Origin: Mycobacteriales bacterium
Lineage (GTDB): Bacteria > Actinomycetota > Actinomycetes > Mycobacteriales > CADCTP01
Direction of reading: 5' to 3'
Length of the DNA: 64,000 bases
Assembly (NCBI GenBank): GCA_036558285.1
Contig: DATBFW010000145.1
Location: 19,214-83,213, forward strand
Part shown: positions 41,432 to 52,203 of the stretch, in pieces
Layout: each line of letters begins with the position of its first letter
How positions within the stretch are numbered: the stretch's first letter is position 1
Translations under genes and position numbers: made by a program
The notes under the pieces: model-generated
What the model saw: only the letters and a program-made list of their open reading frames with translations
What the model was told of the DNA's origin: nothing
Database searches by the model: none

Positions 41432-41763
41432 TCCAGGGTGTCGGGGCCGGCGTGCTGGGTGGCGATCCAGGCCGCCAGCAGGCTGTCCGGATGGTCGGCG
41501 AGGTGGTCCCGGACGAGGACGCCGAGCCGTTCGGTGTCCCCGGCCAGGTGCGTCCGGGCGATGGCGACCAGCTGGCGGTCGCGGCTGGTCCGAGCGGCCA
41601 GCGCGGCCCGCTCCAGCAGGTCACCCGCATCCGGCCGGACCAGAGCAGCCAGCACCAGTGGCACCGGTCCGTCCGCCGCGGACGGCCGGCGCAGGGCGTC
41701 CCGGACACCGTCCGTGTCGCCGGCGACCAGCCGGCGGATGAGGGTCTCGCTGTCGATGGGCAC
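41428..41763 (-). CDS. Hypothetical helical protein, first gene of a four-gene minus-strand operon
   Basis: ORF with a balanced composition. Overlaps the next gene by 4 nt. No family recognised. Confidence 0.6.
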   Translation of the reverse strand: MPIDSETLIRRLVAGDTDGVRDALRRPSAADGPVPLVLAALVRPDAGDLLERAALAARTSRDRQLVAIARTHLAGDTERLGVLVRDHLADHPDSLLAAWIATQHAGPDTLE

Positions 41764-41785
41764 GCCGGCACCGTCCCGGACGGTC

Positions 41786-41913
41786 CTGACGCGGCGCTGA
41801 CGGCGGCGCTGACGGCGGCGCTGACGGCGGCGCTGACGCCGGCGCTCACGGCGGCGCTGACGCCGGCGCTCACGGCGGCGCTGACGGCGGCGCTCACGGC
41901 GGCGCTGACGGCG
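41786..41913. repeat. 12-nt tandem repeat, about 10.5 copies (CTGACGGCGGCG with C/G variants)
   Basis: Seen directly. It fills most of the 199-nt divergent intergenic region between the operon start at 41763 and the SARP gene start at 41963. Confidence 0.9.
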
Positions 41914-41962
41914 TGCCGGCGATCGGGCCCGCCGGCCAGCCGGTCCGCCCTACCCTCGGCGG

Positions 41963-44900
41963 ATGCTGACCGTCGCCGTGCTCGGACCGGTACGGGTCCA
42001 CCGCGACGGCCAGCCGGTGCCGGTGCCGGCCGGCAAGACCACCGAGGTGCTGGTCCGGCTGGCGCTCGAGGCCGGCCGGCCGGTCCGGGCGGAGCGGATC
42101 ATCGAGGACCTCTGGACCGATGCCGCGGCCACCGGTCGCAACACCCTCCAGTCCAAGGTGTCCCAGCTGCGGCGGGCGCTCGGCGACGCCGGCCTGGTCG
42201 CCGCCGCGGCCGGCGGTTACGCGCTCGCGGTCGATGCGGCCCAGGTCGACGCGCTGGCCGTGGCGCGGCTGGCGGAGTCGGCCGCGGCCGCCCGGCGGAA
42301 CGGCGACGCGCAGGCCGCCGCCGACACGGCGACCGAGGCGCTGGCGCTGTTCGGCGGCGACGTGCTGCCCGACGCCGGCGACGGCGACTGGGTCCGGCCG
42401 TACCGGGCGCGGCTGGAGGAGGTGCGTCTCGGCCTGCTGGAGGACCGCGTCGCCGCCCTGGTCGCCCTCGGCGCCGGTGCGGACGTGCTCGGCGAGCTGG
42501 AAGGCCTGGTCGAGCTGCACCCGCTGCGGGAGGGCCTGTGGTCGTCGCTGATCACCGCGCTCTACCGGGCCGGGCGCCAGGCGGACGCGCTCGCCGCGTA
42601 CGGGCGGGTGCGCGGCCGGCTCGCCGACGAGCTCGGCCTCGACCCCGGTCCGGCGCTGCGCGCGCTGGAGGAGCAGGTCCTGCGGCAGAGCCCGGCGCTC
42701 GGCGGCGACGACGGCGGTGCGCCGCTGGGCGTGGGCAACCTGCCAGGGCTCGTCTCCGAGCTGGTCGGACGCGTCGACGAGCTGGCCGAGCTGTGCGGCC
42801 TGGTGCGGCGGCACCGGCTGGTCACCGTCGTCGGTCCGGCCGGCGTCGGCAAGACGCGCACGGCGATCGAGGTGGCCCGCGGTCTCGACCCGCCCGGCGG
42901 GGTGTGGCTGGTCCGGCTCGACGGCCTGGACGCCGCGGCCTCGGTTCCTCGCGCGGTGGCCGAGACGCTGCACGTGGCCGGCGGCGAGGCGATGCTCGCC
43001 GAGCGGTTCGCCGGCGGCGAGAGCCTGCTGCTGCTGGACAACTGCGAGCACGTCGTGGACGGTGCGGCCGCTCTGGTCGGTCGGTTGCTCGACTCGGCGC
43101 CGCAGCTGCGGGTGTTGGCCACCAGCCAGCTGCCGCTCGGTCTGGACGGTGAGGTCGTGCACACCCTGCCGCCGCTGTCGCCGGCCGACGCCACCGCGCT
43201 GTTCGCGGCGCGGGCGGCCAGGATGCGCCGCGGCTTCACGGTCGGTCCGGCGAACGCGGCGACCGTCGAGGAGGTCTGCCGGGCGCTGGACGGCCTGCCG
43301 CTCGCCATCGAGCTGGCCGCCACCCGGCTCAAGTCGTTGTCGGTGCAGGAGATCGCCCGCCGGCTCGACGATCGGTTCGCCCTGCTCCGCGACCCGACCA
43401 GCCGGGCCGCCGAGCGCCGCCGCACGCTGGCCGCCGCGATCGGCTGGAGCTACGACCTGCTGTTCCCGGACGACCAGCGAGGGCTGTGGGCGCTGTCGAC
43501 GTTCGCCGGCGGCGCGCCCTTGGACGCGGCCGAGCACGTGCTCGCGGCGCTCGACGTGCCACCCGAGTCCACAGTGGACCTCGCCGGCCGGCTGGCCGAC
43601 CGGTGCCTGGTCTCGGTGGCCGAGGGGGCCGACGGCGCCGTCCGCTACCGGCTGCTCGACAGCATCCGCGCGTTCGCCCGGGCCAGGCTGGCCGACGCCG
43701 ACCTGGAGGACACCGCCTGCGCGGCGCACGCCGGCTGGTTCGCCGCCGCGGCCGACCGGTGCGCCGCGACCGTCCGCGGTCCCGGGCAGGCCGCGTGCCT
43801 CGACGTCGTGCGCGCCGACCGGGCCGACATCGATGCCGCCCTCGCCTGGTGCGCCGGGCACGACCCGGCGCTCGGCGTACGGATCGGGGTCGGGTTCGGG
43901 TGGACCTGGGTGGTGCTCGGCGACGGGGTCGCCGGAGCGGCCCGGGTGCGGGACGCCGTGGCCGCGGCCGGGACGCTTCCCCCGGCGGTCGCGGCCGAGG
44001 CGCTGCTGCTCGCCGGCTGGCTGGAAGCCTCCGCCGGCGACGTGAGCCGGGCGGAGTCCGACCTTGACCGGGCGCTGGCCATCGCCGCCGGGCTCGACGA
44101 CGAGCGGCTGCGCGCCGACGGCCGCCGGCACCTGGCCTTCCTCCGGATCCAGCAGGGCCGCCCGCGCGACGTGCTCGCCGAGGCCGCGGCGAGCCTCGAG
44201 GTCTGCCGGCGGCTGGGGCGGGTCTGGGAGACGGCCGCCGGCCTGCTGCTGTCCGCGTACGGGTCGATCATGCTGGGCGACACCGCGGCCGCCCGCCGGG
44301 CCGCCGAGGAGGCGGTGGCGCTGCTGGAGCCGATCGACGACTCCTGGGGCCAGGTGCACGCCCAGGGGATGCTCGGCGCGATCGCGCAGGCCGAGCACCG
44401 GTTCGACGACGCCGTCGCCGCGCTGTCCGCCGCCGTCGCCGAGTCCGACCGGCTGGGCTTCCTCGGCCAGGCGGCGCTGCACCTCACCCGGCTCGGGCGC
44501 GTCGAGCAGCAGCGTGGCGACCCGGACGCCGCCGTCGGCACGCTGCACCGGGCCATCGCCGCGGCGCGTCGCAGCGGTGACCTCCGGATCGCGGCTACCG
44601 CCCGGATCATCCTGGCCCGGATCCTGCGGTCGGCCGGCGACGACGTCGCCGCGCTCGCCCTGCTCGAGCAGGCCGACCGCTGGTACCGGGTCGCCGGCGG
44701 CGGGGACGACGCCCTGCTCACGCGCTGCCTGATCGCCTCACTGACCGCGCGGACCGACCCCGCCGGCGCCCGGCCGCTGCTCGACCGGCTCGCCGGCGAG
44801 GCCCGCGACGCCGGCGCGGCGGAGGCCGAGCTCGTGGCGCTGGACGCGCTGGCCAGGCTGGCCGCGGAGGCGGGCGACGCGGACGCGGCCCGCCGGCAGC

Positions 44901-44992
44901 TGGACGCGGCCGACGCGCTGCACGGCCGGCTCCGGCACCTGGTGGACGACCCCGACCGGCTCGATGCGGCGATCGCGCGCCAGGTCCGCTGA
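41963..44992 (+). CDS. AfsR/SARP-family regulator (OmpR-type DNA-binding + BTAD + NB-ARC ATPase + TPR)
   Basis: MLTVAVLGPVRVHRDGQPVPV..KTTEVLVRLAL; BTAD ..WSSLITALYRAGRQADALAAYGRVRGRLADELGLDPGPAL; Walker A VVGPAGVGKTRTA; LLLLDNCEHV; C-terminal TPR-like repeats. Confidence 0.92.
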   Translation: MLTVAVLGPVRVHRDGQPVPVPAGKTTEVLVRLALEAGRPVRAERIIEDLWTDAAATGRNTLQSKVSQLRRALGDAGLVAAAAGGYALAVDAAQVDALAVARLAESAAAARRNGDAQAAADTATEALALFGGDVLPDAGDGDWVRPYRARLEEVRLGLLEDRVAALVALGAGADVLGELEGLVELHPLREGLWSSLITALYRAGRQADALAAYGRVRGRLADELGLDPGPALRALEEQVLRQSPALGGDDGGAPLGVGNLPGLVSELVGRVDELAELCGLVRRHRLVTVVGPAGVGKTRTAIEVARGLDPPGGVWLVRLDGLDAAASVPRAVAETLHVAGGEAMLAERFAGGESLLLLDNCEHVVDGAAALVGRLLDSAPQLRVLATSQLPLGLDGEVVHTLPPLSPADATALFAARAARMRRGFTVGPANAATVEEVCRALDGLPLAIELAATRLKSLSVQEIARRLDDRFALLRDPTSRAAERRRTLAAAIGWSYDLLFPDDQRGLWALSTFAGGAPLDAAEHVLAALDVPPESTVDLAGRLADRCLVSVAEGADGAVRYRLLDSIRAFARARLADADLEDTACAAHAGWFAAAADRCAATVRGPGQAACLDVVRADRADIDAALAWCAGHDPALGVRIGVGFGWTWVVLGDGVAGAARVRDAVAAAGTLPPAVAAEALLLAGWLEASAGDVSRAESDLDRALAIAAGLDDERLRADGRRHLAFLRIQQGRPRDVLAEAAASLEVCRRLGRVWETAAGLLLSAYGSIMLGDTAAARRAAEEAVALLEPIDDSWGQVHAQGMLGAIAQAEHRFDDAVAALSAAVAESDRLGFLGQAALHLTRLGRVEQQRGDPDAAVGTLHRAIAAARRSGDLRIAATARIILARILRSAGDDVAALALLEQADRWYRVAGGGDDALLTRCLIASLTARTDPAGARPLLDRLAGEARDAGAAEAELVALDALARLAAEAGDADAARRQLDAADALHGRLRHLVDDPDRLDAAIARQVR

Positions 44993-45086
44993 CCTGTTGG
45001 CCGTGCGTTGACCGGCCCGGTGCCGGTGGCTGACCTGGTCGTTCCTAGCGTGGGCTGTGTCGGTGGGAGGCGGCGATGGCGGCGGC

Positions 45087-46292
45087 ATGACAGCGCGCGG
45101 AGTCCACTCGATCGCGACACTGCCGCCCGGGTTGGTCCGTTCGGTGCGGCAGAACGGCTGGCTGGAGGACTGGTGGCTGGCCGCCGGGCTGGTCGCGCTC
45201 GGCCTGGCCGTGGCGGTGGGGTGGACGGTGCTCGCCGTCCGGGACCGGCGGGCCGGCCGGCGTCGCCGCCACCCGATCGTGCGGCGCAGCGGGCTCGCGG
45301 CCCTGGTCACGCTGCTCGTGCTCGCCGGCGCCGGGCTCGGCGTCAACGCGTACGCCGGCTATGCGCCGGATCTCACCACGCTGCTGCGCACCATGCCGGA
45401 CCTGCTCGGCGGCGGGTCGACGGCCAGGCCCGGCCAGACCGCGGCGCTGCCCGGGACCGGCCGGTACCCGGCCGAGCTGGTCGCGCTCGTACGCTCCGAC
45501 CCGGCCGACCGCATACCGCGCGGCGCGAACTGGGTCTACCTGCCGCCGGGCTACGCGGACCCGATCAACGCCCACCGGCGCTATCCCGTCGTCTACCTCG
45601 TACACGGCTGGCCCGGCACGCCGTGGGACTGGTTCGGCGCCGGCCAGGCCGGCCGCACCGCCGCAACCATGCAGCGAGAACACCTGATCCGGCCGATGAT
45701 CCTGGTCTCGGTCAATGCGGGCGCCGGCACGCCCCGGGACACCGAGTGCCTCGACTCCACCACCGGCGGCCCGCGGATCCAGACCTTCCTCAGCGCCGCG
45801 CTGGTGGCCGACGTCGACCACGCCTACCGCACGATCCGCGGCCCGGCCGGTCGGGCCCTCGGCGGCGTGTCGTCGGGCGGCTACTGCGCCCTCAACCTCG
45901 GCCTGCGCCACCAGCGGGTGTTCGGCACGATCCTGGCGATGATGCCGTACGGCGACCCGGGCCGGAACGCGGTGGCGTTCATGCTCGGCGGCGACACCGC
46001 GCTCGGCCGGGCGAACAGCCCGTCCGACTACGTCCGCACGATGCGGCTGCGGGCGCACCAGTCGGTCTTCCTCGCCACCGGCCGGCGCGATTCCGACACG
46101 TACCGGACCGTGCAGCTGATGGCGTCGGTGCTGGGCGAGCGCGGCGACTACGTCGGGGTCCGGATCAACTCCGGGCTCGGGCACAACTGGCGGGAGGCCA
46201 GGGACGAGCTGCCGTACGCGCTCGCGTTCGCCGCTGCCCGATTCGGCCCGCCGCCGGCCGCTCCGCCGACCTCCCATCGGGTGGCCTTCTGA
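45087..46292 (+). CDS. Membrane-anchored esterase-family (alpha/beta hydrolase) protein
   Basis: Two N-terminal TM segments. YPVVYLVHGWPGTPWDWF and GGVSSGGYCALNLG (GxSxG-like). The start is uncertain (45057 or 45087). Confidence 0.8.
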   Translation: MTARGVHSIATLPPGLVRSVRQNGWLEDWWLAAGLVALGLAVAVGWTVLAVRDRRAGRRRRHPIVRRSGLAALVTLLVLAGAGLGVNAYAGYAPDLTTLLRTMPDLLGGGSTARPGQTAALPGTGRYPAELVALVRSDPADRIPRGANWVYLPPGYADPINAHRRYPVVYLVHGWPGTPWDWFGAGQAGRTAATMQREHLIRPMILVSVNAGAGTPRDTECLDSTTGGPRIQTFLSAALVADVDHAYRTIRGPAGRALGGVSSGGYCALNLGLRHQRVFGTILAMMPYGDPGRNAVAFMLGGDTALGRANSPSDYVRTMRLRAHQSVFLATGRRDSDTYRTVQLMASVLGERGDYVGVRINSGLGHNWREARDELPYALAFAAARFGPPPAAPPTSHRVAF

Positions 46293-46383
46293 CCGAAAGC
46301 CTTCTGGGCCGTGCCGACGATGCGTCATGATGCCCGCCGTCGACACTTACGCCTGGAGGCACGACATGGAAGACGGCGGATCG

Positions 46384-47265
46384 ATGGAGCGCGCACCGGG
46401 TCACCTGCCGGGGCGCCGTGCGGTGATCGCGGCGGCGCTGGCGGCGGCCGGGGTGGCGGTACTGCCCGCGGCGCCGGCGTCGGCCGCGCCGGCACCGGCC
46501 GCGAAGGGACGGCGGCGGATCCCGGCCGGGTATGGCCAGGTCGACCCGCGGACCGCCCAGCGGGTGCCGCTGACGCTCTCGCTGCGCGACGGCGTGCCGC
46601 TGTTCCCGGGGGACCCGCAGTTCACCTGGGAGGTGTTCACGGACACCCGCACCCCCGCGCACGACGACGGCGGCTTCCTGCTCGAGCACATCACCAGCCT
46701 CGGCACGCACACCGCCAGCCACATCTCGGCGCCGGTGCACTTCATCCTCGGCGGGAAGCGTCTCAACCAGCTCAACGAGGACTTCACGCTCATGCCGCTC
46801 GCCGTCGTCGACGTGCGGGCGCGGATCCGGGCGCACGGTCCGGACTTCTTCATCACCCGCGCCGACCTGCAGCGGTACGAGCGTGAGCACGGCCGGATCC
46901 CGGCGGGCGGGTGCGTGCTCATGCTCACCGGCTACGCGCCGCTGTTCTTCCGCGGCAGCGGCGAGACCTCCCCGTACGTGACGACGCCGGCGCCGGGGTT
47001 CAGCGGTGACGCGGTCGACTGGCTGTTCCGGGAGCGGTCGATCATCGCCACCGGCTCGGACACGCTCGGTCCGGACGCGACGATGGACCTCGTGCTGCAG
47101 GCGACCACCCGCACTCTGCTGCACGGCGGCATCACGCTGGAGAACGTCGGCACCCAGCTGCCGCGGATGCGCCCGCACGGCGACTGGATCGCGGTGAACG
47201 GCAACCGGCCGGCGTTCAGCGGGTTCCAGATGGGCTTCACCGGCTTCACCGTCCCCCACCACTGA
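46384..47265 (+). CDS. Cyclase-family (kynurenine-formamidase-like) protein with a Tat-type signal
   Basis: GRRAVIAAALAAAGVAVLPAAPASA. SLGTHTASHISAPVHF resembles the H.GTH.D.P.H motif. Confidence 0.82.
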   Translation: MERAPGHLPGRRAVIAAALAAAGVAVLPAAPASAAPAPAAKGRRRIPAGYGQVDPRTAQRVPLTLSLRDGVPLFPGDPQFTWEVFTDTRTPAHDDGGFLLEHITSLGTHTASHISAPVHFILGGKRLNQLNEDFTLMPLAVVDVRARIRAHGPDFFITRADLQRYEREHGRIPAGGCVLMLTGYAPLFFRGSGETSPYVTTPAPGFSGDAVDWLFRERSIIATGSDTLGPDATMDLVLQATTRTLLHGGITLENVGTQLPRMRPHGDWIAVNGNRPAFSGFQMGFTGFTVPHH

Positions 47266-47278
47266 GGCAGCGGACCCG

Positions 47279-49681
47279 TCAGCGGCGCGGGTAGCCGTCG
47301 GCGGGGAGCGGGTCCGGCGCGGCGGCGTGGGCGCCGCCGTTGGCGGACCGGACGGCGGCGGTGGTGAGCGGGCCGGGCACGTGCGGCGCGGTCAGCCGGA
47401 GCCGGGTGACCGGCTCCGGCCGGCCGAAGAAGTAGCCCTGCCCGAGGTCGCAGCCGAGCCGGGTCAGGTCGGCCGCCTGCTCGGCGGTCTCGATGCCCTC
47501 CCCCACCACGAGCATGCCGAGCGTCCGGGAGATCGAGACCACCGAGCGGCGCAGCGCGGTGCCGCGGTCCGGGTCGCCGGCCGGCACCGCGAGCGTCCGG
47601 TCCAGCTTGACCACGTCGATCGGAAGGACGTGCAGGCTAGCGAGCGTTCCGTAGCCGGTACCGAAGTCGTCGAGCGCCAGCCGGATCCCCCGACTGCGCA
47701 AGGCCTGCAGGATCGGCATGGCCGCGTCGACGTCCGGCACCATGCTGGTCTCGGTGATCTCGAGCACGAGCGACGCCGCGGGCAGGTCGTGCCGGGCCAG
47801 CGCCGACTCGACCGCGGCGACCAGCCCCGGGTCGTCCAGCCGGGTCGCGGAGACGTTCACGTGCACCGCGAGCGGGATGCCACTGTTCGCCCGCAGCGCG
47901 GCCATGTCCCGGCAGGCGCGGTCGAGCACGTGGTCGTCGAGGGCGTCGATGAGCCCGGTGCGCTCGGCCGCCGCCACGAACGCCTCCGGCGGGACCGGCC
48001 CGCGCTCCCGGTCCGTCCACCGCGCCAGCGCCTCGACCGCGACGGTGCTGCGGTCGCTGAGCCGGACGATCGGCTGGTAGACCACCTCGACGTCGCCGCG
48101 GCGCAGCGCCTCGGCCAGCCGGGTCGGCAGGCCGGGGTCGTCCACCAGCGAGATCAGGCCCGGCTCGTAGCAGACCACCGCGCCACCGCCGCGCCGCTTG
48201 GCCGCATACATCGCCGCGTCGGCCCGCCGCAGCAGCGACTCGGCCGAGACCGCAGCGTCCGGCCCGTCCGGCACCACCAGCCCGATGCTCGCCCGTACGT
48301 ACCGGGCCTGGGTCTCCAGCGGGAACGGCCGGGCCAGCGCCTCGACGACCCGGGCGGCGACCACGGTCGGGTCGCGGTCGCTCTCCACCAGCACGGCGAA
48401 CTCGTCCCCGCCCAACCGGGCGACCGTGTCCGCCGCCGGGACGCAGCCGCGCAGGCGCTGCCCGACCTGCCGCAGCAGCGCGTCGCCGGCCGCGTGCCCG
48501 AGCGTGTCGTTGACGATCTTGAAGTCGTCGAGGTCGACGAACAGCAGGCCGATCGGATGCCGGTCGTCCCGGTGCAGGTCGGCGGCGTGCGCGAGCCGGT
48601 CGCCGAACAGCGTGCGGTTGGGCAGGCCGGTGAGCGGGTCGTGGAAGGCCTGGTAGGACAGCGCCTCCTGGCCGCGCTGGACCCGTTCCAGCAGGATCGT
48701 GTTCTCCCGCAGGGTCAGGAACTGGCGGGTGACGACGAGCGCGACCACCAGCAGGCCGAGGTAGATCTCCAGCCGGTCGAACATCTGGTCCATCGACGTC
48801 TGCACGACGAGCAGGACGCCGACGGCGGCCAGCGGCACGTACGGGACGAGCAGGTGCCAGCGGGTGCCCTGGCGGCGATCCGTGTCGGCGCCGTCCGGTG
48901 CGGCCGCCGCCATCGGCGCGAGCGCAGCCAGCGCGACCAGGAACGGGCCGGCGACGAAGCCGACGTCGCCGATCGGCGGCAGGTCGTGCGCGCCGGAGCT
49001 GACCAGGTAGGCGAAGACGCTGTCGGAGACCGAGATCGCGACCAGGCCGAGGACGAGCAGCAGCAGCTGCGGGCGCCGCTCCACCCGGCGCAGGGTCAGT
49101 GCCAGCAGCGCGATCGCGACCAGCACCAGGTCGGAGATCGGGTACGCCACCGCGACCGCCAGTGCCAGCCGGGTCGGCGCGCCGGCCATGACCACAGCCG
49201 ACAGCACGGTCGACCAGGTCAGCACGCTCATCGAGCCGACGATCACCAGCGCGTCGAGGACGAGCACCGACCGGGACCGGCCGGAGGTCTCGAAGGAGTC
49301 CCCGCGCCGGCGTCGCCCCGACGCCGCGATCACCAGCAGCGACGGCAGCGCGAACACCGGCAGCATCAGGTAGCCGACGTCGGCCAGCGACGGCGACGGG
49401 ATCGGGTCGAGGCTGACCACCTGCGACCAGGTCCACAGCGCCTGGCCGCCGGTCCAGCCGGCGAAGCCGGCGGCCATCAGCAGCCGCCAGCGGCGCTCCG
49501 CACCGGTCGCGCGCAGGCCGGTCACGGCGCAGGCGACGGTCGCCGCGGCGCCGCCGAGCAGCTGCCCGAGGTCGTTGACGGCGCTCGACGCCCGGTCGCT
49601 GAGCACTCCGGAGCCGGCTACCGCCACGACGCCGACGACCAGCACGGCGACGGCCACGGCGGCAGACCGGAAGCGGGTCAC
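47279..49681 (-). CDS. Membrane-bound GGDEF-EAL protein (diguanylate cyclase / c-di-GMP phosphodiesterase)
   Basis: About 8 N-terminal TM helices. RLGGDEFAVL; YQPIV..VEALARW; LEITET; ALDDFGTGY. Confidence 0.92.
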   Translation of the reverse strand: MTRFRSAAVAVAVLVVGVVAVAGSGVLSDRASSAVNDLGQLLGGAAATVACAVTGLRATGAERRWRLLMAAGFAGWTGGQALWTWSQVVSLDPIPSPSLADVGYLMLPVFALPSLLVIAASGRRRRGDSFETSGRSRSVLVLDALVIVGSMSVLTWSTVLSAVVMAGAPTRLALAVAVAYPISDLVLVAIALLALTLRRVERRPQLLLLVLGLVAISVSDSVFAYLVSSGAHDLPPIGDVGFVAGPFLVALAALAPMAAAAPDGADTDRRQGTRWHLLVPYVPLAAVGVLLVVQTSMDQMFDRLEIYLGLLVVALVVTRQFLTLRENTILLERVQRGQEALSYQAFHDPLTGLPNRTLFGDRLAHAADLHRDDRHPIGLLFVDLDDFKIVNDTLGHAAGDALLRQVGQRLRGCVPAADTVARLGGDEFAVLVESDRDPTVVAARVVEALARPFPLETQARYVRASIGLVVPDGPDAAVSAESLLRRADAAMYAAKRRGGGAVVCYEPGLISLVDDPGLPTRLAEALRRGDVEVVYQPIVRLSDRSTVAVEALARWTDRERGPVPPEAFVAAAERTGLIDALDDHVLDRACRDMAALRANSGIPLAVHVNVSATRLDDPGLVAAVESALARHDLPAASLVLEITETSMVPDVDAAMPILQALRSRGIRLALDDFGTGYGTLASLHVLPIDVVKLDRTLAVPAGDPDRGTALRRSVVSISRTLGMLVVGEGIETAEQAADLTRLGCDLGQGYFFGRPEPVTRLRLTAPHVPGPLTTAAVRSANGGAHAAAPDPLPADGYPRR

Positions 49682-49767
49682 CGGGCCTCCTCGACGCCGA
49701 CCGTCCTCGGAGCACTACCCGCGAGGGGCGGCAGTCATGGTACTGGAACACCGGTGCTGTCGGGGGC

Positions 49768-49795
49768 GTCCCGCTCTGGCGCCTCGGAGCGGGAC
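49768..49795 (-). terminator. Hairpin GTCCCGCTC-(10 nt)-GAGCGGGAC downstream of the Cys-rich micro-ORF
   Basis: A perfect 9-bp GC-rich stem, seen directly, 21 nt after the micro-ORF stop on the minus strand. No clear U-tract, as is common in high-GC actinomycetes. Confidence 0.55.
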
Positions 49796-49816
49796 GGACG
49801 TGCTCAACCCTGCGAC

Positions 49817-49882
49817 TCAGCCGCAGCAGCAGCCGCTGCCGCAGTCACAGCCATGCTCCTCGCAGCACGGGCAGCATGCCAT
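49817..49882 (-). CDS. 21-codon cysteine-rich micro-ORF MACCPCCEEHGCDCGSGCCCG (candidate miniature metallothionein / metal-buffering peptide)
   Basis: Absent from the ORF track (too short). AGGAGG lies 10 nt upstream of the ATG. 9 Cys + 1 His in 21 residues. 18 of 21 codons end in G/C. The MerR-type metal regulator gene ends 40 nt upstream on the same strand. A hairpin follows. Confidence 0.55.
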   Translation of the reverse strand: MACCPCCEEHGCDCGSGCCCG

Positions 49883-49922
49883 CGGTCGGTCACCTCCTCT
49901 CGACGGTGCCGGACTCCGCCCG

Positions 49923-50384
49923 TCAGGGCACGACGGGCGGACACCAGGTGCCCGGTTCCGGATCCGGGCAGGCCGGGCCGGGCATGTGCGCGAGCATGCC
50001 GACCAGGTCCTCGCGCAGCCGGGACAGGCGGCGCATCTCGCTGTCGATCTCGTCCAGGTGCCGGCGCAGCAGCAGCTCGGCCGGCTCGCACGGGCAGACC
50101 CCGGTGTCCCGCACCGCCAGCAGGTCGCGGATCTCGGCCAACCGGAGACCGAGCCGCTGGGCCCCGCGGATGAACTGGAGCCGGTCGACCATGGCCGACG
50201 GGTACCGGCGGTGCGCGCCGCTGGTGCGCGGCGGCTCGGGCAGCAGCCCGACCCGCTCGTAGTAGCGGATCGTGTCGATCGGCACGTCGACCGCGCGGGC
50301 GATCTGCGCCGTCGACAGCCCTGGTTCGAACTCGACGCTCGTCACGTCCTCGACGGTAGAACCTGGACCGCGGTCCAGGGTCAA
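49923..50384 (-). CDS. MerR-family (heavy-metal-responsive type) transcriptional regulator
   Basis: HTH LSTAQIARAVDVPIDTIRYYERVGLL..SGAHRRY. Cys pairs at ..DTGVCPCEP.. and ..GPACPDPEPGTWCPP at positions typical of metal-binding MerR proteins. The start may be GTG 50345 rather than TTG 50384. Confidence 0.88.
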   Translation of the reverse strand: MTLDRGPGSTVEDVTSVEFEPGLSTAQIARAVDVPIDTIRYYERVGLLPEPPRTSGAHRRYPSAMVDRLQFIRGAQRLGLRLAEIRDLLAVRDTGVCPCEPAELLLRRHLDEIDSEMRRLSRLREDLVGMLAHMPGPACPDPEPGTWCPPVVP

Positions 50385-50400
50385 GCGCTCGCCGCGAAGA

Positions 50401-52164
<1,764 letters not shown>

Positions 52165-52203
52165 TCTCCCCGATCCCGTCCTCGTCCCGATCCGGTGACC
52201 TGT

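Noticed and set aside
40875-41897. N-terminal extension of ORF 39933-41897, beginning MSAAVSAAVSAGVSAAV.. (a repeat protein).
   Set aside because: The extension overlaps two translationally coupled genes in other frames. Homology to NAD-binding epimerases begins only at GTG 40874. The SAAV repeat is just the 12-nt intergenic tandem array read in one frame.
41786-41913. Possible CRISPR array.
   Set aside because: The units are 12 nt and directly abutting with no spacers, and no cas genes are present. It is a simple tandem repeat.
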